NCBI GenBank assembly: GCA_021432655.1
Contig: MU271655.1
Location: 1 to 34,918 of the forward strand
DNA: 34,918 bases
Direction: 5' to 3'
Origin: Atractiella rhizophila
Taxonomy: Eukaryota
The notes beneath the pieces are model-generated. The model made no database searches, had not been told where the DNA came from, and was given only the letters and a program-made list of their open reading frames with translations. This document shows, in pieces, positions 23,056 through 34,750 of the stretch. The stretch's first letter is position 1. Each line of letters opens with the position of its first letter. The translations under genes and the position numbers were made by a program.

Positions 23056-23291
23056 TATAAATGATATAGAATTTATACCTTAGAATGTCATAGAATACGC
23101 TTTTTCCGTTAACCCAGCTTCAACCAACCCTGATAGAATTTTCTTTTCTTTACAAATAAAAGTAGAATATCCAGAATCTACATAAATATCGCTTATCCCA
23201 GCTTATTCGCTAGATTATTCCAACCGAGATATTGCTGTGAGTGCTTCTGGTGATCTGGGGAGAGCGCGGTCTTACCTACCTCCTATCGCAG
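23056..23291 (+). promoter_or_regulatory. TATA box, TAGAAT cluster and probable 5'UTR intron of the F-box gene
   Basis: TATAAA at 23056-23061; GTGAGT (23237)...TCGCAG (23291) defines a 55-nt intron ahead of the ATG at 23353. Confidence 0.45.
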
Positions 23292-23352
23292 GTTAACTTG
23301 AATTCATCGGAGTTCCTACCGTCACACCGAACCCTTTTGCAGCAAGAGCAGC

Positions 23353-24789
23353 ATGTCCACAGCAGCTGTTTACACGACCACTCGAGCACGCTCCAGCTCC
23401 CGTGCCCGCCGTCCCTCCATCTCTCACCAACGAGCGCGGTCTCTATCGAACCTCTCCCTCTCCTCTCCCAAGTTCCGTCCTTCGCTCGACTTATTCTCTC
23501 CCCTTCTCGAACGCGAAGGCCTATCCACACTTCCCCTAGAGATATTCCAACATATTTGCTCCTTCCTTCATCCGCTTGGACCTCTTGTCTCTTACACCTC
23601 AAACTCGGCAAACGACACTCGACTGGATTTACTCAACCTAGCGAGTGTGAACAAGGCGTTTTACTCGGCATGTAGTCCTCGCTTGTTCCACACCATCGAT
23701 CTGCGATACTGCTCCGTCCATCGTCTCGGCCTCTTCGTCGACTACGCGCTATATCAACATGCCTCCTCAGTTCGAATACTACTCTACGACTTCTCCTCCC
23801 TCAATCTCTTCCCCGAATCCAACCCCGCGGCTCTTCGCGCGTCCTACCTTTCCAAAATGCTTACCACGGTGGAAAGGCTCGAAAGTCTGTCAGTGCATTT
23901 TGGCGGTTTGGACTCGAGGAATAGGTGGATGAACGAAGGTGGAGTGCTTCAAGCTTTTAGGGGACTGGTGGATGCCGTGAAGGATGTGGGAACTTCTTAT
24001 TCCTTGAAGCAACTAGAAATTTATGGTCCAGCTCCACGTCCATATCCGATGGCGTTAGAAGTGCTGGATGGATTGCTTGCTCGGCATGCGACAAGTTTGG
24101 AGGACCTGACTGCAGACAGGTGGACGGAGGACTCGTCCAACGCCTCCTCCCGCCTCTCCAACCGACTTATTGCTTCCCACATCACCTCTCTGACCCTCAA
24201 GGGAACCTTCACTCCATTCATCACCCTCCCTACCAACCTCCAAAAACTTTCGATCCTGAATCCAGTCAACACAGACTTCTTCCTCGATATCCTTCCACTC
24301 CTGAGCACTGTCGGGCACTCGCTAACAACTTTTGAATGGGCGGGTGACTCCGTACTGCCCGAAGGATTTGGGCTGCGTCCTCAAGCTGCAGACGAGGACG
24401 AGATCAAGGTGGAACCGATCGCGTTCGAAAGGCTCGAACTGATCAAGTTCCACCCCGATTCATTGTCGCAGCCGAGCAGTCAGTTTTGGGAGGACGAACT
24501 CGAATCTTTGTTCTTGCGCACCTTCTCTCATCCTTCTACGCCCCTGAGAAAGGTGGAGTATTCGAGAAACAGTCATAACCTCTTCATCCGTACCATCTCC
24601 CCTCTGCTCCGTCTTTTGCAGGAGAAGAGAGTGGGAGCTGCAGGGAAGAGGGGGTTGGAGGAGATCAGGATTGGGAGGAGTAGGGAGTGGAATTGGGTGA
24701 TGGAGGAGGAGTGGGAGAAGGTGGAGAAGTGGAGCAAGGAGGTAGGAGTGAGGGTGGTTTGGAATGCGAGGACGTTGGGAAGACCGTAG
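23353..24789 (+). CDS. F-box-like protein with degenerate LRR/RNI-like repeats (478 aa, uninterrupted ORF)
   Basis: LSTLPLEIFQHICSFL...DLLNLASVNKAFYSACSPRLFHTIDL is an F-box pattern, followed by LxxL repeats (LESLSV, LKQLEI, LEDLT, ITSLTL, LQKLSI). Confidence 0.75.
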   Translation: MSTAAVYTTTRARSSSRARRPSISHQRARSLSNLSLSSPKFRPSLDLFSPLLEREGLSTLPLEIFQHICSFLHPLGPLVSYTSNSANDTRLDLLNLASVNKAFYSACSPRLFHTIDLRYCSVHRLGLFVDYALYQHASSVRILLYDFSSLNLFPESNPAALRASYLSKMLTTVERLESLSVHFGGLDSRNRWMNEGGVLQAFRGLVDAVKDVGTSYSLKQLEIYGPAPRPYPMALEVLDGLLARHATSLEDLTADRWTEDSSNASSRLSNRLIASHITSLTLKGTFTPFITLPTNLQKLSILNPVNTDFFLDILPLLSTVGHSLTTFEWAGDSVLPEGFGLRPQAADEDEIKVEPIAFERLELIKFHPDSLSQPSSQFWEDELESLFLRTFSHPSTPLRKVEYSRNSHNLFIRTISPLLRLLQEKRVGAAGKRGLEEIRIGRSREWNWVMEEEWEKVEKWSKEVGVRVVWNARTLGRP

Positions 24790-25762
24790 TTGTAACGTCT
24801 CAGCGAGAGTGAGTTCTCTGTGTAATGGAGAAGAATCTTCAATTGATGCCGTGCATAGCGCTCTTTCCTCTTCTCCATGAAGCACCTACAGGCTCTCTTG
24901 CTGCCGTATACATACCAGTCACGATCTCAGTCTTTCTCCAATTAACACGGTAATATTCGACGGCGGTGCCTTGTGGTCTTTCCGGTCGCATTCAGTTTTA
25001 GTGCATAGACAACAGAGCATAGACACATAGAGCAGCATAGACCTCTCGCAACTTTCCCTTCTCACCAATTGCGAAGGCAAGGGCGACGACAGTTGACCGT
25101 ATCCTGTTCGGAACGATATTTTCAATGACTAAAGTACCCAAGATGAAGGGATTCGCATTCGTTTCGTTAGTAGAGTGCAGCCAGTCAGTTTCGTGGGCTC
25201 ATCGTTCTTCGTTTGGTTTCCGAATATCTGGCTTTCGCTTCTTTTATGAGTTTTACGTCAGTATCAACACTTAATAAATGATGAAATCAGATGTTATCAT
25301 TCCTTTGAACGACCCAGTCCTTCATGCGAGCAGATGCTCGTATTACAATACAACCTCAAAGCTGACTTTCGACATAGACAAAGCGCTTTGGGCTAGGAGA
25401 CAGTAATAAAGGGATCAAGAATAAAAGCCTGTGAGCATCTACTCATCTAATCCAGAGTTCGCCTCTTGTTCAGCTCGAAACAGTCAACGGTCTTTCTAAT
25501 TCGTTCCTCCCGCTTCATCCTTCATGACATTAACTCTGATGGACAGCTCTCGATATCAACGCAAACTGCGGTACTAAAGGTTACTTTCACTGACATTGAC
25601 ATTATAGGAGAAGAGTGCCACCATTATGCATTTCATGAGCGACAATCCATAATAGCTAGATGGCCTCGGATGGAGAAAATGTTAGACATAGTGAATCCAT
25701 GCACAATACAGACATGACTGAATGGTTAATATACAAAGTTTGCTGATACCCTAGCGGATATT

Positions 25763-28700
25763 TTATCGTCGTTCCTTAACCAGAAACACTAAAGCCAGGA
25801 AGCTCGCCAGTGTGAACCCTGCGAAGAAGACGGCTAGAACAGTGGTGTCTGGGAACCAGAATGCCTATTTACTCAGACGTCAGTTGGTGTCCGTTCAATA
25901 ATAGGGCTACATACCTGCGCATTGAAGCCGAACATGCTGAGAATGGTCGCTGCTGGCACCTCAATATCCACTCCATACTGTCAATTCATATCAAAACAAA
26001 TTGTGGACGGAAGAAATGCAGAGACGAACACGATGGTCGCGAAGATGCAAGTAACGCAGTTCATTCACAAGGAGACCCTCCATTCCCGCATGGAAATAAC
26101 TGACTGTCTGAAGCCATCCGAAACCATGAGGCATTTTCTCGGAGTTGATAAGAAGACCAGCAAATAGCAGACTGTGAAAGGTTCCCATTAGAAAGGTCTT
26201 CTCTGGTTAAAACGGCATACTTGAAGAGCATCGAGAGAGTGCCAATCAGACTCGCCACACTTTCGTTCTTCACAGCAATACCGATGAGCATGACAGAAGA
26301 AGATGCAACCAGGTTGAAGAGGACGAGAACGAGAATGAACTTCCAGAACTCTGCAACTGTCGGTACCAATCCCACGGGTTTGTAAATTATTGCACCAAGG
26401 ATGAACGGCGGAACGATCCTCAGCGGGAGCAGGTCAAAAAGCACCTGTCAACGAATCCTCAGTTAGGATTATCTGGTAAGCGACAAAAGGTCTGTACCTT
26501 TGCAGTAAAGTAGGTAACCGGAGAATAGTACCCATTAGCACGTTCGCGCATGAAGAGGATCCTTTCGTTTGCAAAGGTGCGCAGGGAGGTAAGACATGAG
26601 AAGCCGAAGAGCGCGAGAATGAAGAAAAAGAGTCCCATTCGGTTCTGGAATCCAGGTATGTCTTCCCTGTAGCCATATCAGCGATATTGGCCTTGGGATT
26701 GATTTGCAGTACGCACGTCAAATTGCGAAAGAGGAAACTGCAAATCACTGCGGAAGTGTGAGCCGTGACATGACGCTTCAGGAGAGACGTACGAGCAAGA
26801 ATGACAGAAATGAGATATTGAGTTAGCATCAACCCAGGGTTTCGATAGAGATTCTTGAAGGCTCTTCCGCTCAGAATTCTGAATTGGGTCCACAGGCTCG
26901 CTCTCCTCCATACCTTTCCATCTTTCGTATCCTCGTCAAAACTCTCGCGTCGTGTGATGCGTTTAGAGTTCTCAATCTCTTCCTGGATATCTTTCGCAAT
27001 GATAGATCTCTCGTATGACGAGAAAAGATCTTTCATGCGATCGCTGAGTTCTGCTTTCGGCTTCTTCGACTTGCGTCCAAGGCTAAAGAACTTCCTGCTT
27101 CGTACAGTGTTCGAAGGTTCTTCACTAATGGATCGGCGAGACTCGTTATCATCACGATCGGAGGCGGAACCGCTGACAGCGGTGCCACTACTTTCCCCAC
27201 CATTGCCAGCTCCAGACTCCTCGTCGGAATAAGAAGCGCGCGACGATGGCAGTTCATTTATGAGTGCTGACAGCTCGGGCTCGGAGTGTGTCTTGCCCTC
27301 CATTTCTTCCTGCATTGTCAGATCAACTGGAGCTAAAATCAGCACTGTAAATTATGATCTGAGTTAAGCGTACTGAGGTAGTCTGCGATGTTAAATCCAG
27401 CAGGACACGGATACCCGATGCGTTCAAAATAATCTTGACATCTTGAGAATTCTCCAGAGTAAACGACACGTCCTTTAGCCATGAGAACAAGTTGATCAAA
27501 CATTGCCACAATGTTTGATCGTGGCTGATGGATGGTGAAGATGACAGTCCTATTGTATTTCTTCGCCAACGTCACTAAACATTCGACAACGTTGAGTGCG
27601 TTGAAGGAGTCCAATCCACTTGTCGGTTCGTCAAGCATCAGGATCGATGGTGACGTGACTAGTTCGCAGGCGATTGAGACGCGTCGTTTCTCGCCTCCAG
27701 ATATCGCACGTTGTCCTAAGAGGGCTTCAGCTACCTAGTTGCCATGAAGAAGAAACTGTACCCGTCTCTCCAATACGCGAATCTCTGATACCCAATATTC
27801 CCAGCTCATGCAAAGTTTCTAACGTTCTAATCTGCTTAGCTTCCAAGCTCATTCCTCTCGGTAGTCGCAACAAAGCCGAATACAAGACAGTTTCATAAAC
27901 TGTCAAAGTGCCCATCAGGGTATCCTCCTGATCGACAAACCCGACCATCCTAGAGAATTTATCCCTTCCCATCCTTCGCAAATCTTTTCCGTTCACAAGA
28001 ACATCACCGGTCACTTCTCCCTTCTTTCCGCGACGAGCAAGAATGTCAAGCAGAGTGCTCTTTCCAGCGCCAGACGCTCCCATGATGGCCATGATCTGTC
28101 CAGGCTGAACACCGCCGCTAACGTGCTCGATGATAGGTTCGTCTCGGGATGGGATAGCGTATCGAAGATTGGAGAAGTACAGAGAAGAAGGGACATGGGA
28201 GGAGATGAGCTTTGCATTCTCTTCGGCAGGCAAACGAATCGACCCCTTGCTGTAGTCATGCGAATGCGCTCGTCCAAGGTACCAGAATACTAGATCCATC
28301 ATCCATCAAAACAAAGAACTTCCATCCACTTGGGCTTGGGACTTACGCAAAGAAGCCAGAACAACGACCAAAAACGATGCTCCCATGCTGATCCCGACCA
28401 GCAGACCGTTGTACTTGGGCTTCGGTACTTCCACACCAGGCAGAAGAGCCTTACGCATGCACTCTCCACTCTGGCAGCTGAGAGTGATGAAGGAGTCTCC
28501 AAAAATATCATTGATGAGTTGGTTCATCGCTGGCTCCTCAAATTTCGCTTTCCCTCCGTTGAGATACGAGTACGTGAATTTGGCAGGCCCTTTAATTTCC
28601 TCAGTGAGGAAGTCGCCGATATCTGTTGACGGCTGTGAGTAAGGGAGTAGGATACAGAAGACTTAAAACCTACCAACAGACCCTTCTTCGCCGCACAGCA

Positions 28701-30685
28701 TGCGTTCGGGGATACAACTACATTGAATGTCTTCACATCGATAGACCACGTCGCCTGAACAGATGTCAGACCCAAGCTGGTGTGCAGTGGAATGACAGAC
28801 CTTGCTCATCGATCTGTGTCGAGGAGGAGCAATTAGAGAGTCCACAGTAAAAGCTTTCCTTCTTGGCGATCCAAAACTGAAATCCACACGTCGCCGAAGG
28901 GGCATCACAAGTGAATGTAACCTGAGGAGGCTTATTTGGTCCGAGCTGGTCCAATATCTTTCGATCTGTCACATTGTCAGAGAGCTCCGATGCAAGAATG
29001 AACAAGCTCACTTGTAACATCACACATCTGATGTGCCTGCTCGACCAATATCCCACCAGAATAACAAATAGCTTCATCTCCCTCTTGTATCTCTCCGTCC
29101 GGAGGTGGAAGCATGATGGAGCAGGCGTCGTTGTTCTTGCAAACTAGCTCGCTGTGTCAATGATAGTCGAAGCGATATTGAGGTTCACACGTACCATTGC
29201 AGTTGAGGCCGGTCCAGCCTTCGGTACATTGGCAGTCGTCGCCTTGACGTGGGTAGCGGTCTCGTCCTTCTGCTAACGAGCCACAAACTGTGCATCGATA
29301 CGGAATTAACGAAGTGATCCTCTGAAAGCACAAGTACAGCAATGTAAAGCAGGAAACTAATGTGAAAGTTCTTCCATTTTGAGTTCGAGACATCGTCCTG
29401 CAGCATACAGCGCTCCTCTATTTGGACGGAGGTCAAGCAAGAAGGCAAAGGGATACGCAAGGCAACCTAGAGAGGCAACCTGAATGAACGAGAGGTCGTT
29501 AAATTAACTAGATTCATTCCAGTCCATAAGGTGACCATTGATAGGGTAGAATTGGCCAGCTACAACAGCAATGTGGCCGACACACTCGCAAAAAGACTCT
29601 CTAGAGAGGGAAAGGCGGCCTGAATTTCGTGTCCTGACGTCGTGAGCTCCGTGTTTCAGTTGTGGAGCGCACGGAGATATGAAAATTTGAGAAGAAAGCG
29701 AACATCATCGGCTACAGATGGATCGGTTCTTTAATACTGTCTAGTTTTACAGTTCTATGTCTTTCACCTACACGGGTTTCGTCCCACTAACCCAATGAGA
29801 GAGCGGCACGAAGAGGACGACCAACTTCTGGACGCAAAAACAAGCTTGCGCAAAGACAACAGTCGGTTCGATGTAACATCAGAGAAGAAACAAGATGTCG
29901 GGTTAAATCAAGCTCAATTCCATGAGAGGTTGACTGCAAGGAGAAAGAATGGAGGAATTTGCAATTGCTATTCCCATGCAAGTCTCGTTCAGCATGATTG
30001 CCAATGGCCAACTTCCAACAGCAATCCATTTGCCAACCTCACAGTCGTTATGCCGTGACTGTTGCTTCTGGTCGAAACAACTTTGAGATGAATCCCAGTC
30101 GACATCGAATGAGTAATGCATTTTATGCGCTCACAGAGTACAGAATAACTCAATTTCTGGCTAGGATTCGCCTGAGAGCCGTTGCAACACCCATGATACA
30201 GAAAAAGGAGAGACTTCTCTTTCTTGGAGAGGTAGGAGGAGTAAGAGAGCTGGCTCAATTTGCGCAGCTCGCAGGCATCTCGTGTCACGGCCACGTCCAT
30301 CGTCGCCGTAGCTCCCACTCATCAAGAAAGTAGACAGTAGCTCCATAGACACTCCAGCCACCACTTCCTTCCCAACTCTCGCAAAACGGATCGAAACAAA
30401 CATACGGGGCGTGCTACAATCCTCTCCACCCCACCCCTCCGGACATTTACACATCCCATCGAACTCCCTGCACTCTCCATATTGCAGGCACTTGAACGCA
30501 GGAAGCAAGCAGTTGAAACACGGCGGGCAGTCAGCTGGTTCCTTTGGTGGCGGCCTTGCGAGGTAGGAGTTGGTGAGGGAGGTGTGGGTGAGCTGTTGCG
30601 GCGGCGGGACGGTGGCGTTGCGGAAGAGGGCGTAGCGTGCGGTGGCGAGAGAGCTGAGCGGGAGAAGGAGCAGAGGTAGAATCAT
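25763..30685 (-). CDS. ADP1: ADP1-type ABCG half-transporter with signal peptide and N-terminal EGF-like Cys-rich domain
   Basis: [10 protein letters not shown] signal, [19 protein letters not shown]...[35 protein letters not shown] helix, Walker [51 protein letters not shown] domain, ending VKERR*. Confidence 0.95.
29288..30405 (-). other. Long first intron (1118 nt) of ADP1
   Basis: GTATGT donor at 30405, CACAG acceptor ending at 29288; the phase-1 join restores DCSTP-LCGSL. Confidence 0.9.
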
Positions 30686-31509
30686 GGTGATCCTGTCTTG
30701 AGGAGGTCGTCGTTCTGCGTCAACGTCAACACCTTTCTTGCGGTTGCGGGCGGCGTATGAGTCATTGGTTGACTGTTCACTGTTTGGAAATGGAAAATGA
30801 ACGAGGAGCACATCGAGATTGATGAGGGGGAGTTCATCATCGGGACGCGACTGCTAATGTGTTGCCATCGATGGGGCAGATGAGGGTGTACATATGGACG
30901 GATGACCGGTTGGAGAAATGGATGTCACAAGAATATGCTGAGTGAGTTTTTTCCCAGGTGCAAATTATATAGGGGAGGAGCCGCGCTAGAAGTTTGTTGC
31001 AGATCTCCTGAGAGACGTTGAATTTTTTAAATCTCTCTTTGACAGTGAAAAGCCTTCCAGTTCAACGTCGAACTTGATGCATGTGCCCACACCTTTTATC
31101 GGCAATTTCTCTTCTTACAACATGGATAATGCTCACGATTGACAGAATATTCGTGCTTCATTGAAATCAGCATCGTCTCAATTATTATTGAGGTCGCAAC
31201 CCTTTTCTTGGCCAAAGTACCTAAAGAATACCTGAAATGTGGGGAAAGGTCAGTGACTTGAAGATCTTCTTTCCCTGTGTCTTCTGGTGTCCAGAACTGG
31301 TTGTTTTTGTTTTTATGGCCTATTGTCTAGTTACCGAGTCTTTCATCGACATTCTTCAATACTACGCGGATCAAGTCACCATCTTCGAGATTGTACAATG
31401 ATATTCTTTCGCTTATTTAGTTGATGACATGATGCGAGCTGATCCTTAAAAATACAAATACACATGGACCTCCCTGGAGGTCCATCACAAATATGCCATA
31501 TCTTATCTC

Positions 31510-32854
31510 TCATGCCGTTCCTCCAAAATATCCCCTTAGTTGTACCAATCTCTCCTGTTTCCTCTTTGCTAGATCCCTCAGCCCATCGAGCGTTTCTTCG
31601 CCCTCAGCGAGGCCACTTTCCTCTTGTGCGAGGGCTGTCCATTGACGTCCAGCTCGCCTCTGAAGCTGATATGCATCACGTGGCTCCTCCTGAAGCCTGC
31701 TGGTATCTCCAGCTTCAGAGCTGCGACCAGGTATGGTGGAACTGAAACTGATAGGATCCGTCCATCTGACATGTCTGCCACTTGAATCTTGAGCCGCATT
31801 CAGAGAACTGGGATGAGTGTTCGGACCAGTGGACGTCGTCAACGGGACGGCACGAGAGGTCGATGCCTGGTTGTGATTGAAGGCATGAGACAGGGAGCCA
31901 CGAAGAGTGTATCCCCTCGAAGCTGACGTAGAGCCGAGGTTTGGATCGTGAATGATGGAATGGTCCAAATCTGGGTGTCGTCTCCTGTAGTCATCTCCAA
32001 TCAGACGGTAGGCAGACGCCGAGAGAGGTCTGGGATAGACGCCGTTTCGAGTGGCGATCCAAGTGACGGCCGGAACAGGCAGCTTTCGGTGCTCCCATAC
32101 GTATCTGCGCACAGCGTTCCTTCAGTTTCTTGCTACGATTAGTAGTGGCGACGTACTCCCATGCCAAACTCTTATAGAACCTGTCTCACACATTAGTCAG
32201 GTTCATCTGGTTTCTTGAAACGTACTGGAGCAACTCCACACAGATGTAGCGAATGTTCGAACTACTGTTGATGGGTACGACCCAGTCCTGCATTGGTATC
32301 ATCAGGTTCGATGTCCGTTCGGTAGTGCGTTGAAATTGCGAACCGAGATGATCGTGGTTTCGATGGGATCGAAAGCATAGGACTCCCAATTGACCAAGTG
32401 TCCACCTTGGAAGATATCCCAAGGAGTGTCGAAGACAGTGCTGCAGTACTGACAATGAAGAGAAGCAGGGGTGTTTGAAGCGCCGTGCGCTGGAAGGACC
32501 TAACACCGTTGTTCAGTCCAAGGCTTTAGAGGAGTATGGAAGACTACTCACACTGCCCAGGTACATCTCTGGTATGGGTAGATGGGTTTGAGGAGGCTGT
32601 CCCTCAAGCTTCCCCAAGGATTCAACAGTGCCATAGCAGAGTATGTTGGCAGCCTGGATCCTCGCTGGGCAAGTCCTGGATACGTTGCCCAAGAAGTCCT
32701 TTCGCAATCGTCAGGGCACCGTAGAGGTCGTAAGATGATCATGATCGTATCGCACCTTCAAGGACGTAGAAGGTACGAGAGTTTCGTGCTTCTTGAGCTC
32801 TGCTTCGTTGGCGAAGTAGAAGCCACAGTGGATGCAGAGCAGCTGGTCAGACAT
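31510..32854 (-). CDS. Hypothetical protein (about 360 aa) with two degenerate C2H2-like CxxC motifs; exons 32854-32756, 32698-32552, 32499-32344, 32287-32226, 32180-32157, 32104-31510
   Basis: Five 45-57 nt GT-AG introns with branch points give one stop-free frame of 1083 nt: MSDQLLCIHCGFYFANEAELKKHE...LHCQYCSTVFDTPWDIFQGGHL...YICVELLQFYKSLAWEYVWEHRKLP... Confidence 0.65.
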
Positions 32855-33565
32855 AGCAGTTGTGGTTATTGCGTTATATGGCGAAGCTGGGGGATGGGGA
32901 GGATATGGAGGAAGGGGAATCGACGAGATCCTTTGAAGGGAAAGCTTGCCCTTTGCTCCAAAGGACTTGTTCTCGCGGCCCTCGACACGGGATGGAAGAT
33001 AGAGTTTGAGTCGCATTCTGCGGTAGCTTTTCAGTTGATACACTGCTCTACACGCGCTCTACGGCTGCCGAATTTTTGCGGGCAACAGTGAAGAGATGTG
33101 GGCGCATGTCGGAAATGACACCCATGACGTAGCTGGAAGGTGGGAAGGATTACGACGCCTGACCGGAGGTTCATCGTTCGTCTCTGCTACCCATCAGCCC
33201 TGCGCCAATGTAAATATTCTGCCCTAATTCTCACTCTCATCACTCATTACTTCGGATGCCAGTGACCATGAGGGATTTAGCAAGCAGTAGGACGTAGCAC
33301 GGATCAAAGAATCGAGAACAGCTGGAGTGGCGGATTGCATGGGAACCGGAAGGCGAATGGGTCATGAGCTGTGGCGTCGATAGGACCTCGAGGATCCATG
33401 GATTGTGTGGCTAGGAATGAATGTTGGAGGCAAGTGTGGAGACCACAGGTGCACGGATGGGAAATTTGGGCAGTTGATTGGATCGGGAGGGATTGATTCG
33501 TCTGTGCGGCGGACGAGAAGATTGCGAGCGCTGAGGCGACGATTGGACGAGAAGAGGATTGTACA

Positions 33566-33967
33566 TTAGCGGTACTCATGAACCGTCTTGTCTCCACGCC
33601 TCTCCATTCCATCAATGGCTCCGGAGAGACGCCGTGCCAACCTTCTGCGACCTTTTCGATCCCTCAGCAACCACAGCACATGCAACCAAAGCCACAAAGC
33701 GATCAATACGAAGGCTCTACCAAGCACGATCCTGACCCATCCAAACTCATCCTCATCGAAGTAATCAGGCGGTGGTCCAATCCATCCGTCGTCGTCTTTT
33801 CCGCGCTGAAAACCCCGTCGCCGCTGCCGCCAATGATACCATCCGAACCAAGAAACGAGGAGGATGAAGACGATTCCAAGGACAACTCCGACTACTATAA
33901 GTCCTATGGCTGGCTCAGAGAGACCACTTGGTGTACTACTCGAAGGAGTGGTTGAAGAGTCCGACAT
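33566..33967 (-). CDS. Small membrane protein (Ser/Thr-rich N-terminus, TM helix, basic cluster, PPxY motif)
   Basis: MSDSSTTPSSSTPSGLSEPA-IGLIVVGVVLGIVFILLVSWFGW-YHWRQRRR...PPPDY; the 3' end and splicing are uncertain. Confidence 0.5.
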   Translation of the reverse strand: MSDSSTTPSSSTPSGLSEPAIGLIVVGVVLGIVFILLVSWFGWYHWRQRRRGFQRGKDDDGWIGPPPDYFDEDEFGWVRIVLGRAFVLIALWLWLHVLWLLRDRKGRRRLARRLSGAIDGMERRGDKTVHEYR

Positions 33968-34750
33968 GACGCCGGGTGGTGAAAGTCGTGGAGCACCGGA
34001 GATGGAGGGTTGGAATGAGGGTTGGAGTGGCTAGAGTCCACCGGTCGTAACAGATATCTGTGCCTTTCAATTAGGATGGGAAAGTCTGTGGGTGTGACGA
34101 CCGAATTTACCTCCACCCAAGTGGTATCCACAAAACTCTGGGTGTCCAGGATGATCCTGCCTGGAGACAGATAGGAGGATGAAAGCGAGTGGCGTCTATA
34201 TTTCCGTGAAGCCCTTGATATGAACTGAGAATGGAAGAGTAATTGCGTTGTCAGAAAGCTTCAAAGGAATCCTCCTTTGTTGTTGTGCTGTTGTTGTGGA
34301 TTCGCTTGGTCTTGTTACTGGTACCTGCACAAGGAACAGGTTTATCTTCTCCCCCTTCACAGGTGTTTCAACGCTTTACCCTTTACGTTCTGATACTCTT
34401 GCGAACCCATTCCCACCACACTGCATTAGCGCTTTCATTGGCTGCCACTAGTACCCAACGATCGGAAATCTAAGGGCGGGAAGAGGTGCGGGAAGCAAAA
34501 ACAACCGAACAATTGCGACAAAGGGACCTGAGGTGTACGAGGACACAAAGACGAGGATGGTGAATCAAATTGGAATTGGGTGGCGACGACAAGATGGATG
34601 TGGATGCTAAAGTGATGACATTTTTGCATGAAATTTATTGATACACTCACACATGTTAAGATGAAGAAAAAGAGAAGAATCAACAACATCAGCCGGTCAA
34701 GAGAGTTTTTTCATGGCCTTGCCAATCTAGCTTTCTTTCTAGTCCTCGTA

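Noticed and set aside
1..24789. Functional clustering of CAND1, F-box protein and Lon (proteostasis)
   Set aside because: They are separated by unrelated genes; F-box genes are abundant, so proximity is expected by chance.
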